NCBI GenBank assembly: GCA_040080965.1
Contig: JBEBHH010000004.1
Location: forward strand, 42,170 to 106,169
DNA from: Gammaproteobacteria bacterium
Lineage (GTDB): Bacteria; Pseudomonadota; Gammaproteobacteria; Steroidobacterales; GCA-2729495
Direction: 5' to 3'
DNA length: 64,000 nt
The translations under genes were made by a program, and so were the position numbers. Below are positions 42,166 to 52,337 of the stretch, one piece after another; positions within the stretch are counted from its first letter, which is position 1; the number at the start of each line of letters is the position of its first letter. Under the pieces are notes generated by a model, which did no database searches, was not told the origin of the DNA, and worked only from the letters and a program-made list of their open reading frames with translations.

Positions 42166-42510
42166 ATGAACAAGGATCAGGTCAAGGGCCGCATGAAGAA
42201 GGTGGCCGGCAAGGCGAAGGCCGCCGCGGGCAAGGTGCTTGGCAAGCCGGGCCTCACCGCCCGGGGCCGGTTGCAGCAGGTGGCCGGCACCGTGCAGGCC
42301 GCCTATGGCGACCTGAAGTCATCGGCAAAGAAGAAGGTTGCTGCCAGCCGCCGGACTGCCACGAAGAAGGGTGCTGCGCTGGAGAAGAAGGTCAGCCGGC
42401 AGGCGAAGAAGCAGGTCACGACGGCCGGCAGGAAGGTCACGAAGCAGGCCGCGAAGGTCCGGAAGACCGTCCGGAAGCAGGCCAAAAAGGCGGCCCGCAA
42501 GGCCCCGTAG
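42166..42510 (+). CDS. CsbD-family stress protein with Lys/Ala-rich basic C-terminal extension
   Basis: The ATG at 42166 (GGAG 8 nt upstream) is preferred over the TTG at 42145. CsbD core MNKDQVKGRMKKVAGKAKAAAGKVLG..GRLQQVAGTVQAAYGDLK. The tail is KKKVAASRRTATKKGAALEKKVSRQAKKQVTTAGRKVTKQAAKVRKTVRKQAKKAARKAP. Confidence 0.7.
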   Translation: MNKDQVKGRMKKVAGKAKAAAGKVLGKPGLTARGRLQQVAGTVQAAYGDLKSSAKKKVAASRRTATKKGAALEKKVSRQAKKQVTTAGRKVTKQAAKVRKTVRKQAKKAARKAP

Positions 42511-42526
42511 CCGGCACGACCCGCGG

Positions 42527-43126
42527 ATGAGCAAGGCCTTCACCCGCGAACCGGACCAGGACGACGACGGGGCCGAAGACGACCCCCGCGAACGCGCGAG
42601 CGCGCTGCCACCCGGCACGAAGAACTACATCACCCCCGCCGGGCTGCAACGTCTCAAGGACGAGCTCCACCACCTGCTGCACAAGGAACGGCCCGCCGTG
42701 ACGGCGGTCGTGTCCTGGGCGGCGGGCAACGGGGACCGCAGCGAGAACGCCGACTATCATTACGGCAAGCGGCGGCTGCGGGAAATCGACCGGCGGATCC
42801 GCTTCCTCACGCGCCGCGTGGACCTCGCCGAGGTCATCGACCCGGCAGTACCCCGCGATTCGCGGACGGCCAACCAGGTCTTCTTCGGCGCCGCGGTGCG
42901 CTACGCCACTGAGAGCGGCGAGGAGCGCACGGTCACGATCGTGGGCGTCGACGAGAGCGACCACCGCCGCCTGCACATCAGCTGGATCTCACCCCTCGCC
43001 CGCGCGCTCACGAAAGCCCGCGTCGGTGACACGGTGACGTTGCGCGCGCCCGGCGGCACGGAAGAACTCGAGATCCTCGACGTGCGCTACGGGCCCGTCG
43101 ACGTGGAGCCGTTCGTCCCCACCTAG
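42527..43126 (+). CDS. greB: Transcription elongation factor GreB (with acidic N-terminal extension)
   Basis: Start moved to the in-frame ATG at 42527. NYITPAGLQRLKDEL..WAAGNGDRSENADYHYGKRRLREIDRRIRFL aligns by eye with E. coli GreB. Confidence 0.85.
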   Translation: MSKAFTREPDQDDDGAEDDPRERASALPPGTKNYITPAGLQRLKDELHHLLHKERPAVTAVVSWAAGNGDRSENADYHYGKRRLREIDRRIRFLTRRVDLAEVIDPAVPRDSRTANQVFFGAAVRYATESGEERTVTIVGVDESDHRRLHISWISPLARALTKARVGDTVTLRAPGGTEELEILDVRYGPVDVEPFVPT

Positions 43127-43512
43127 TCCTCGGTGATCGTCGGGACGAAACGTCCCGTCCTTACCCGCCAGACCTGCACCAGGGTCATGACAATCGCGCC
43201 GAGCGTGCCGGCGCCCAGCGCAACCTGCGTGTGCAGGGCCAGCCCGGGCGCCCTGGCGCCGAGCAGCAGCCACGCGAGTCCGATCCAGGCCAGCGTGGGA
43301 AACACCGAGCAGAACCCGGCGGCGACCGCGAGGCCGCAGGACACGAGCAGTCCGGACGTCAGCCCCCAGGCCGCCAGCGAGCCGCCGCCCGCCGTCACGG
43401 CAGCGCCGGCAAACAGTCCGCAGAGCATGAGGACGAGCACGGCGGGAATGGCGGGCTGCGGGCGGCTGTTGGCAGTGACGGTTTCCAGCAGCGTCCGTGG
43501 GGGTCGGGGCAT
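43123..43512 (-). CDS. Small polytopic membrane protein, family not recognised
   Basis: 129 aa, about 4 hydrophobic helices, 3 nt after the CIA30 gene stop. Weak support beyond hydrophobicity and operon position. Confidence 0.5.
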   Translation of the reverse strand: MPRPPRTLLETVTANSRPQPAIPAVLVLMLCGLFAGAAVTAGGGSLAAWGLTSGLLVSCGLAVAAGFCSVFPTLAWIGLAWLLLGARAPGLALHTQVALGAGTLGAIVMTLVQVWRVRTGRFVPTITED

Positions 43513-43515
43513 GAC

Positions 43516-44043
43516 CTAAGGATAAAGGGCAATCCGGGCCAGAGCCAGATCAGCCGTGAACTCCCGCATCCAGCCCAGCAGGGCGATCCGCTGGATCTTC
43601 GCCGGATTGAGCGGCACGGACAGGTCGTTGGGCGTGAAGCCCGTCCAGGGCAGGCGGATCACCTCCCATCGGGGCGCCGCGCGGAACGTGACGCGGTAGG
43701 ACTGGTCGTACCAGCCGCAGTCGGCGGTGCGCACGTGGCAGTTGTAGTCCTCATCATTCCCGTGGACCACAAACTCGACGCCCGAGTAACCGGACGCATC
43801 GAAATCGCCATTGCGGGTGGCCAGGTCGAGAGCCATCTGGATGAAGCCGCCACCGCTGTCCCGTGTGACGTGGCCGGCCAGCCGGATGCAGGACTTGCCC
43901 GCCACCGTGGCACGGCCGAAGGTGGCGTCCGAGACACCGCCCATCACCCGGTCGCTGAAGCCCCGCCAGCGGGCGTTCGGCGCAAGGACCTCACGGCCCT
44001 CCTCGAAGCTGCCAAGAACGAGACTTGCATCGTGGCTTTGCAT
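43516..44043 (-). CDS. CIA30 (complex I intermediate-associated protein 30-like) family protein
   Basis: Start moved to the ATG at 44043 (MQSHDAS..). RWRGFSDRVMGGVSDATF..GGGFIQM pattern of CIA30. Confidence 0.65.
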   Translation of the reverse strand: MQSHDASLVLGSFEEGREVLAPNARWRGFSDRVMGGVSDATFGRATVAGKSCIRLAGHVTRDSGGGFIQMALDLATRNGDFDASGYSGVEFVVHGNDEDYNCHVRTADCGWYDQSYRVTFRAAPRWEVIRLPWTGFTPNDLSVPLNPAKIQRIALLGWMREFTADLALARIALYP

Positions 44044-44126
44044 CAATCGGACCCGCCGTCCAGCCGGTCGACTACAACAAAAAGGCCGGGCGGAGCGCAA
44101 GTAGCGCCCCGCCCGGCCCGGTGGTC

Positions 44127-44672
44127 CTAGCGAACGTCGATGTCGTTCTTGACGACCCGCACGCCCTCGACACCCTTGGCGACGTCAACGGCGGCCGACT
44201 TCTCGGCCTGCGTCTTGGCAAAGCCGGAGAGCTGCACTTCGCCGTCGTGGGTTTCGATGTCCACGCGCATGGCGCTGGTGCGCTTGTCCGCGACCAGGGC
44301 CGCCTCGACCTTGCCGGTGATCATGGCGTCGTCGACGACGACTCCGGCGGGCCGGTCTGCGGAACGCACTTCGAGGTTGTTGCGCACCTGGGTGACGCCG
44401 TCGGTGCCGGCGGCAATCTTCTCGGCCTCACTGCGCGCCGCGGTGGAATCGACGAAGCCATTCAGCTGGACGATCCCCTTCTGGGTCTCGACATTGATCT
44501 GCCGGGCCTTGGTGTCCTTGTCGGTGGTCAGCTTGGTCTTGATGCTGGCCGTGATGGCAGCATCGTCGATGACGACTCCGGTGGTGCGGGGGGCGGACTC
44601 GGTTGCCCAGGCGGTGCCGGCGAGGGCAATCGCTGCGCCAATGGCTATCAGGCTCATCTTGATCGGTTTCAT
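44127..44672 (-). CDS. BON-domain periplasmic protein (OsmY-like, two BON repeats)
   Basis: Signal peptide. Two repeats, DDAAITASIKTKL..INVETQKGIVQLNGFV and DDAMITGKVEAAL..VDIETHDGEVQLSGFA. Confidence 0.8.
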   Translation of the reverse strand: MKPIKMSLIAIGAAIALAGTAWATESAPRTTGVVIDDAAITASIKTKLTTDKDTKARQINVETQKGIVQLNGFVDSTAARSEAEKIAAGTDGVTQVRNNLEVRSADRPAGVVVDDAMITGKVEAALVADKRTSAMRVDIETHDGEVQLSGFAKTQAEKSAAVDVAKGVEGVRVVKNDIDVR

Positions 44673-44741
44673 GGTCTGTCTTCCTTCAGGTAGGTGGGCT
44701 TCAGGTACGTAGGTATGGTTGGAGCGTGTTGGCGAACCCGG

Positions 44742-45635
44742 TTACTTGGCTGCCGCCGTCGCCGGCGCCGGGTTGTCGATGACGGCCACGACGCGCCGGT
44801 TCTGCTGCCGGCCGGTCTGGGAGTCGTTATCCGCCAGGGGCTGGGTCTCGCCCATCCCCGTCGCGGTGAGTCGACTGGCCGGAATCCCCTGCTGCACCAG
44901 GTAGGCCTTCACCGACTCGGCGCGGCGCTGCGAAAGACCCTGGTTGGAGTCTTCGCTGCCCACGTTGTCCGTGTGGCCCTCGATCTGCACGGTGCGGTCG
45001 GGATACTTGTTGAGGAAGGCGACCAGCTTGTTGAGGTTGCTGGCCGAGCCGACCTTAACGTCGGACTTGCCGGTGGCGAACAGCACGTCACCGAGCGTCA
45101 GCACCAGGCCGCGGTCCGTGGCTTCGGCCTGCAGCGCATCGATCTGGAGTTTCAGTTCGTCAGCCTCCCGGTTGGCACTGTCGGCGGAGGCCTGCGCCGC
45201 CTCGGCGTCACCGCGGGCGGCGTTGGCATCGTCGCGCGCCGCATCAGCCTCCCGGGTGCGGGCCTCCAGGCGGGCACGATCCCGCTCGTCGCCGAGCTTG
45301 GCGCGCTGGTCCTCGGCGTAGCGGGTCGAGGCCCTGGCCGTGGCGATCTCCACCTTGCGATCCGCCATGTAGACGCGGTGCGCACCGAGGGCCGCGTCGC
45401 GCTTCGACACGGGCTGCTCAGCGGTCCGGACCGCCGTCTCGGCGTCCTTGATGGCGGCCGGCGCGCGTTCCGCGAGGTTCGGGTCGGACTGCAGGCTGGT
45501 CAGCTTGGTGCGGACTTCCGCAGCGCCCGGGGGCGCGAGCGGCGCGGTCGCGCAGCCCGCCAGCACCAGCGAGGCGACGGCCGCAGCGCCGAGCGCCGTG
45601 CCACTGAACGTCATCCTGGAAATTGCTTTGTTCAC
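44742..45635 (-). CDS. OmpA-family lipoprotein with N-terminal DUF4398-like helical domain and coiled-coil linker
   Basis: Lipobox LAGC. OmpA_C blocks FATGKSDV..IEGHTDNVGSEDSNQGLSQRRAESV..NRRVVAV. The GTG at 45635 overlaps the upstream stop (GTGA). Confidence 0.8.
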   Translation of the reverse strand: MNKAISRMTFSGTALGAAAVASLVLAGCATAPLAPPGAAEVRTKLTSLQSDPNLAERAPAAIKDAETAVRTAEQPVSKRDAALGAHRVYMADRKVEIATARASTRYAEDQRAKLGDERDRARLEARTREADAARDDANAARGDAEAAQASADSANREADELKLQIDALQAEATDRGLVLTLGDVLFATGKSDVKVGSASNLNKLVAFLNKYPDRTVQIEGHTDNVGSEDSNQGLSQRRAESVKAYLVQQGIPASRLTATGMGETQPLADNDSQTGRQQNRRVVAVIDNPAPATAAAK

Positions 45636-46033
45636 TGCTTGTCTCCTGCGCGCTGCATTTCTTCGTTGAGGGCATCACCGCCCAGGGCCATTTCCTTGTT
45701 CACGGCAACGGCCTTCGCCATCTCGGTACGGGCGGAAGCCAGCTCGGCCTCCACGCGCGCCTGGTCCGCCAGGCGCTCGGCCCCGACCATGTTTTTTGCC
45801 ACCACGGCGCTGTCGGCGGAGGCAAGCTTCTCGCGGGCCTCGCCGAGCTCAACAGCTGCATAGCGGCCCGCCTCGGCCTTCTCGGCATTCGTTACGGCGG
45901 TCCGGGCGGAATCCAGCGACCGGGTCGGGGCCGGCGGCGTGGAGGCGCAGGCGCCGGCCAGCAGGAGCGAGCCCGCCAGGCCAGCCGCAGTGCACAGCCG
46001 GAGGCCGGAGGGTGTTCGGGACGTTGCGCGCAT
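45632..46033 (-). CDS. DUF4398 domain lipoprotein
   Basis: Lipobox LLAGAC. LDSARTAVTNAEKAEAGRYAAVELGEAREKLASA helical pattern of DUF4398. Confidence 0.65.
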   Translation of the reverse strand: MRATSRTPSGLRLCTAAGLAGSLLLAGACASTPPAPTRSLDSARTAVTNAEKAEAGRYAAVELGEAREKLASADSAVVAKNMVGAERLADQARVEAELASARTEMAKAVAVNKEMALGGDALNEEMQRAGDKQ

Positions 46034-46091
46034 TGGGCTTCTCCAAACTTCAGGGGGAATGTTCGAGGCGTGAGGATGGGCGCGACGGGAT

Positions 46092-46129
46092 TCAACGTCT
46101 GTGCGTTGACGTACATGGCGGTGCCATGT
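46092..46129. promoter_or_regulatory. Two adjacent inverted repeats in the DUF4398 / Crp divergent promoter region
   Basis: TCAACG-TCTGTG-CGTTGA (46092-46109) and ACATGGC-GGT-GCCATGT (46113-46129), read directly. Confidence 0.35.
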
Positions 46130-46237
46130 GCGCTACCGGACAAACCGCAACAGCGATATGCTGCAATCTCACCTGCCCACCTGGTTCACCCCCCTCTCGT
46201 ATCCCGCTGGGGGGGCGTTCACCCTCCGGAGTGCCCC

Positions 46238-46957
46238 ATGGCCAGAAAGCACGATCCGCGGCAGAACCGCCTCCTGGCAGCAATCCCCGCCACGGAATGG
46301 GCCCGCGTGCTGCCGCGACTGGAACTGACGGCCATGCCGCTGGGACACGTCCTCTATGAGTCCGGGATGGCGCTGCAGCACGTGTATTTCCCCACCAACT
46401 GCATCGTGTCCCTGCTCTACGTGATGGAAGACGGCCACTCGGCCGAGATCGCCATCGTCGGCAAGGAAGGCATGGTGGGGGTCGCGCTCTTCATGGGCGG
46501 TGAAACCACCCCCAGCCGGGCCATCGTGCAGAGCGGCGGCCACGCCTACCGGCTGCCCGGCAAGGCGGTGAAGGAAGAGTTCAGCAACGCCGGCCCCGTC
46601 CAGCGCCTTTTGCTGCGCTATACCCAGGCGCTGATCACCCAGATGGCCCAGACCGCTGTGTGCAACCGGCACCACTCCGTCGAGCAGCAGTTGTGCCGGT
46701 GGCTGCTGTTGAGCCTCGACCGCCTCGACTCGAACGAACTGGTGATGACCCAGGAACTGATCGCCAACATGCTGGGCGTGCGCCGCGAAGGCGTCACGGA
46801 GTCCGCCGGCAAGCTGCAGAAGCTCGGCCTGATCAGCTACAGCCGGGGACGGATCCAGGTGGTGGACCGGCCTGGCCTGGAGAATTACGCCTGCGAGTGC
46901 TATGCCGTGGTGAAGCGGGAGTTCGACCGCCTGCTGCCGCCGGGCCTCGCCAGCTGA
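46238..46957 (+). CDS. Crp/Fnr family transcriptional regulator (paralogue 1)
   Basis: Start moved to the in-frame ATG at 46238. cNMP-binding-like barrel plus HTH MTQELIANMLGVRREGVTESAGKLQ. Alignable end to end with the product of 49001-49750. Confidence 0.8.
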   Translation: MARKHDPRQNRLLAAIPATEWARVLPRLELTAMPLGHVLYESGMALQHVYFPTNCIVSLLYVMEDGHSAEIAIVGKEGMVGVALFMGGETTPSRAIVQSGGHAYRLPGKAVKEEFSNAGPVQRLLLRYTQALITQMAQTAVCNRHHSVEQQLCRWLLLSLDRLDSNELVMTQELIANMLGVRREGVTESAGKLQKLGLISYSRGRIQVVDRPGLENYACECYAVVKREFDRLLPPGLAS

Positions 46958-47014
46958 CGCCGGCCTGGCCGGCGCCACCGCTGTAAGGCGGCCCATGTGC
47001 GCCGCCGAACAGAA

Positions 47015-47040
47015 GTAGCGCGCCGGGCGCGCTACTAATT
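47015..47040 (+). terminator. Candidate terminator hairpin after Crp paralogue 1
   Basis: GTAGCGCGC-CGG-GCGCGCTAC (9-bp stem) followed by TAATT, so only a weak U-tail. Located 58 nt after the stop. Confidence 0.45.
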
Positions 47041-47082
47041 CCCTCCGGGCAGGCCTGTGCCCCGTGCTCCGGAGTAATCGTC

Positions 47083-47943
47083 ATGAGAAAAGCCACCATC
47101 TCGCTGGCGCCGCGCACCAGCACCCTGGCGCAGCAGGAGGCCGACTTCACGGCCGAGGGTTCACCCGCGCCGGGCAAGATCACCCGTTCCGTGTACAAGA
47201 CGCTGCCGGAATGCCTGGCGGTGCTCGAGACGGTGAAGTCCTCGCTCGCCGAGGAAACAGGCCGGCGACGGCGTCTCGAACGGGAAGTGCTCAACGTGCG
47301 GGCGGCCCTCGAGCGGGCCCGCGCCGACCTTGCCGGCACCCAGGCCGGCGAACAGCACGCCCGTCACCTCGCCCTGCACGATGGCCTGACCTCGCTGCCG
47401 AACCGGCGCTTCTTCCGGGAGCGGCTGGAGCAGGCCGTAGAACGCCGCTCACCACTGCATCCGGCGCTGGCGGTGGTCTACCTTGACCTGGATGACTTCA
47501 AGCCGGTCAATGACCAGTACGGCCACGACGCCGGCGACGAGGTGCTCAGGATCGTCGCCAGGCGACTGGCGCGGACCGTCCGTTCAGAGGACATGATGAG
47601 TCGCCTGGGCGGGGACGAGTTTGCCTGCCTGCCGGCGGACTTCGACAGCGTTGAGCGGCTCACCCGCCTGGCGTCCAAACTGTTCGACGCTGTCTCCGCG
47701 CCGCTCAAGCTTGGCGGCCTGACGCTCACGATCCGGCCGAGCATCGGCATCGCCACGTGTCCCGCGGATGGCCGGAGCGCCGACGCCCTGCTGAAGAGCG
47801 CCGACGCCGCCATGTACCGCGCCAAGCGCGAACAGACCCGTTATGCCTTCCGCGAACGGGTGAGCAGGTTGAACACCGCCAGCAATGCGGCGCCCGAGGC
47901 GGCGGCGATCAGCATGGCCTTGACCGGCTCATCCCGCACGTAG
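47083..47943 (+). CDS. GGDEF diguanylate cyclase with N-terminal coiled-coil
   Basis: Active site RLGGDEF with the upstream I-site RSED. DGLTSLPNRRFF and DAAMYRAKRE blocks. Confidence 0.8.
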   Translation: MRKATISLAPRTSTLAQQEADFTAEGSPAPGKITRSVYKTLPECLAVLETVKSSLAEETGRRRRLEREVLNVRAALERARADLAGTQAGEQHARHLALHDGLTSLPNRRFFRERLEQAVERRSPLHPALAVVYLDLDDFKPVNDQYGHDAGDEVLRIVARRLARTVRSEDMMSRLGGDEFACLPADFDSVERLTRLASKLFDAVSAPLKLGGLTLTIRPSIGIATCPADGRSADALLKSADAAMYRAKREQTRYAFRERVSRLNTASNAAPEAAAISMALTGSSRT

Positions 47944-48221
47944 GTCGCGGTGCTGGCGGAGACCCGCGAGGCCGTGGCACGTGCCTGCCGCGAGCCCTCG
48001 CGAACAGCGTCCACGCTCCGCGTCGCCAGGGCGCCGGCCTTTTCGGCCGCCCGGTTCAGCAGGGGCGTAATGGCGTCCTCGCGGATCTCCTGGGCGGCCT
48101 GACTGACGCTGTCCATGGTGGCGCTTGCGGCACGCTGGGTTGAACGGATTGCCTGGTCGGCTGATTCCGCGGCCTGGCTGGCAAGGCTGATGACGGGTTC
48201 TGGTGATTTCCTGGTGAGCAT
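47841..48221 (-). CDS. DUF883 (ElaB/YqjD-like) C-tail-anchored stress protein
   Basis: Start moved to the in-frame ATG at 48221 (GAGGA SD upstream). Helical body and C-terminal anchor PVKAMLIAAASGAALLAVFNLLTRSR. Confidence 0.7.
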   Translation of the reverse strand: MLTRKSPEPVISLASQAAESADQAIRSTQRAASATMDSVSQAAQEIREDAITPLLNRAAEKAGALATRSVDAVREGSRQARATASRVSASTATYVRDEPVKAMLIAAASGAALLAVFNLLTRSRKA

Positions 48222-48313
48222 GAGCTGGTCCTCTATGGTTGGGAATCCGGATTGAACCGGGGGTGGGACCCGACGGCCCCACTGACGTGAGCCTGCGCGC
48301 CAGAGCACCTTTT

Positions 48314-48337
48314 GGTCAGTTCGCCAGCGAACTGACC
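48314..48337. promoter_or_regulatory. Perfect 24-bp palindrome GGTCAGTTCGC-CA-GCGAACTGACC upstream of sodB
   Basis: Read directly. It ends 30 nt before the sodB ATG (48368) and starts 93 nt from the divergent DUF883 start. Confidence 0.45.
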
Positions 48338-48367
48338 CACGAACGGTCGCCGCGCTACAAGGCAGGC

Positions 48368-49000
48368 ATGAACAGCAAACTCCCCGAACTTCCCTACGCG
48401 CTCGATGCCCTCGAGCCCCATATCTCCCGCCGCACGCTCACCGCTCACCACGCGCACCATCACGCCCTCTACCTGGAGAAGACCCAGGCGCTGGTGAAGG
48501 ACTCGCTGCTGGAATCCGCATCGCTCGAGGAAATCGTGCTGGCCGCCGCCGGCGAGGAGGACCACGCGCTTTTCAACGCCGCAGCCCAGGCCTGGAACCA
48601 CGGGTTCTACTGGCGGAGCATGCGGCCAGGCGGCGGTGGCGACGCGCACGGCGATATCGGCCGGTTGATCGAGGAAGGGTTTGGCAGCCAGCAGGCGTTC
48701 CGCCGGGCCTTCATGGCCATCGCCGGCGAGCAGTTCGGCAGCGGCTGGGCCTGGATCGTGCTCGATGGCGACCAGGTGCGCCTGCTGACGACCGCCAATG
48801 CCGAGACGCCGCTCAACTCACCGCTCGTGCCGCTGCTGGCAATCGATCTCTGGGAGCACGCCTACTACCTGGACCACGAGTACCGGCGCGCTGACTACGT
48901 GGCGGCCTTCCTGGCGCACCTGGTCAACTGGGATTTCGCCAGCGAGAACCTCGGGGTGACGCTCGCCGCGAACATCGCGGCGCGGGCCGCTGTCCGCTGA
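48368..49000 (+). CDS. sodB: Iron superoxide dismutase
   Basis: Start moved to the in-frame ATG at 48368. LPELPYALDALEPHIS, AAQAWNHGFYW, DLWEHAYYLDHEYRRADYV: Fe/Mn-SOD signature with Fe-type features. Confidence 0.9.
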   Translation: MNSKLPELPYALDALEPHISRRTLTAHHAHHHALYLEKTQALVKDSLLESASLEEIVLAAAGEEDHALFNAAAQAWNHGFYWRSMRPGGGGDAHGDIGRLIEEGFGSQQAFRRAFMAIAGEQFGSGWAWIVLDGDQVRLLTTANAETPLNSPLVPLLAIDLWEHAYYLDHEYRRADYVAAFLAHLVNWDFASENLGVTLAANIAARAAVR

Positions 49001-49750
49001 TCAGGCGACCGGCAGTGCCGGCACCGGCTCCTGCCGGTACCGCACGTCGGAGAGCAGCCGCCCGGTTTCCTTCCGGACCACGGCGTAGCACTCGCAGGCA
49101 CGGTCCTCGAGGGCAGACCGGTTGAGCACCGAGATGTGGCCCCGGCGGTAGCTGATGCAGCCCGCCTGCTGGAGCCGGCCGGCGGCCTCCGTGACGCCCT
49201 CGCGGCGCACGCCGAGCATGCCGGCGACCAGTTCGTGGGTCATCACCAGTTCCCGGCCAGCGCTCCGGTCCACCGCCAGCAACAGCCACCGGCAGAGCCG
49301 CTGCTCGATCGTGTGATGCCGGTTGCAGGCCGCCGTCTGGGTGACCTGGGTCATCAGCGCCTGGGTATAGCGGAGCAGCACCCGCTGGAGCAGCCCGGCC
49401 CGATGGAACTCCCGCATCAGCACCTGGCGCTCCAGGCGGTAGGCGTGACCGGCGGCCTGCACGACGGCCGAACTCGGGGTGGTGTCCCCGCCCATGAACA
49501 GCGAGACGCCGACCATGCCCTCGTTGCCCACGCCCGCGGTCTCGGCCATGGCCCCCGATTCCATCACGTAGTGAAGGGAGACGATGGCGGTGGTGGGAAA
49601 GTACGCGTGCTGCAACTGTTCGCCGGGGTCGTACAGCCGCTCGCCCAGCGGCAGCGTCACCAGCTCGAGCTCGCCCGCCAGGCGCTCGAACTCGGCCGCC
49701 GGCAGGGCGGCGAGCAGGCTGTTCTGGCTCGGATTGTGGATTGATGCCAT
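49001..49750 (-). CDS. Crp/Fnr family transcriptional regulator (paralogue 2)
   Basis: 249 aa. HTH MTHELVAGMLGVRREGVTEAAGRLQ. The stop codon directly abuts the sodB stop (TGA|TCA at 48998-49003). Confidence 0.8.
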   Translation of the reverse strand: MASIHNPSQNSLLAALPAAEFERLAGELELVTLPLGERLYDPGEQLQHAYFPTTAIVSLHYVMESGAMAETAGVGNEGMVGVSLFMGGDTTPSSAVVQAAGHAYRLERQVLMREFHRAGLLQRVLLRYTQALMTQVTQTAACNRHHTIEQRLCRWLLLAVDRSAGRELVMTHELVAGMLGVRREGVTEAAGRLQQAGCISYRRGHISVLNRSALEDRACECYAVVRKETGRLLSDVRYRQEPVPALPVA

Positions 49751-49774
49751 GGCGCGTTACTGCGGTTGTCCGTG

Positions 49775-50595
49775 CTAGTGCCGGGCCGTCAACTGGACGC
49801 CGATGCCGCGGTAGCCGATGAAGCGGCAGGCCTGGTTGAACATCGGCTCCCCGCTGACCTGGAAGCGCTGTTCCGAGCCATCGGCATTCACGCGACTGAA
49901 GACGAAGTCCAGGAACGGCCGTCGCTCGGCGATCGCTTCCTGCAGCGCCCGCCGCTCGGCCTCGTTCCATCCGGCGACGTCCCCGCCCCCGGTCCCTTCT
50001 GCAAGTCCTTCGACGCGGATGCCAAGCATCTCGAGGACGGGCCCGGAAACCTTCGTGAAGGTGCCGCTCTCGTCCTGCTCCCAGTACCAGTCGGAGGCCA
50101 GCTCCGTCAGGCTGCGATAGCGGGCCTCGCTCTCCCGAAGCTCCGCCGTGCGCTCCGCCACCGTCTTCTCCAGCAGCACGCTGTAGCCCTTGAGCTTCCG
50201 GTACAGGAGGCGGACCTCCAGCATGTTCCGGATGCGGGTCTGCGCCTCGATCAGGTCGAAGGGCTTGCTGATGAAGTCCCGGGCGCCGGCCTGCAGGGCA
50301 CGCAGCTTGTGGCCCGGCTGGGCGGTGATCACGAGGACCGGCAGGTAGCTGTCGGAATCGTTGGCCTTCAGGGCCTCGATCACCTCGAAGCCGTCCATGC
50401 CGGGCATCTGCAGGTCGAGCAGGATCAGGTCGTAGTGGTTCCTCCGGTGCAGCGCGCAGACCGCGGCCGGATCCCGGGTCGAGGCCACGTTGCTGTAGCC
50501 GCCTGCCTCCAGCAGCTGCTCCAGCAGAATCACATTGGCCTGCTGGTCGTCGACGATGAGGATCTTCGAGCCGCGGATATCCGCTTCCGTAACCT

Positions 50596-50599
<4 letters not shown>
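49775..50599 (-). CDS. Response regulator: REC domain + PAS domain, no enzymatic or DNA-binding output
   Basis: KILIVDDQ..LILLDLQMPGMDG..ISKP (REC), coiled linker, then PAS-like SDWYWEQDESGTFTKVSG..FIGYRGIG. ATGA overlap with the kinase stop. Confidence 0.8.
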
Positions 50600-52263
<1,664 letters not shown>

Positions 52264-52289
52264 GGTCGATCATCGCGACGGGGCGGGCC

Positions 52290-52317
52290 GGCGTCTGTGC
52301 GGTGGCGAACAGACGCC
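52290..52317. other. Hairpin (9-bp stem, 10-nt loop) between the DUF488 gene and the hybrid-kinase gene
   Basis: GGCGTCTGT-GCGGTGGCGA-ACAGACGCC read directly, flanked by direct copies of GCGGGCCGG. No U-tract. Confidence 0.35.
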
Positions 52318-52337
52318 TGCGGCGGGCCGGTGGCGGG

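Noticed and set aside
44685-44707. Direct repeat CTTCAGGTA x2 (minus strand TACCTGAAG) upstream of the BON gene as a regulatory element
   Set aside because: The copy nearest the start overlaps the Shine-Dalgarno (AAGGAAG), and the repeat is short (9 nt). It could be chance, and I have no second locus to support it.
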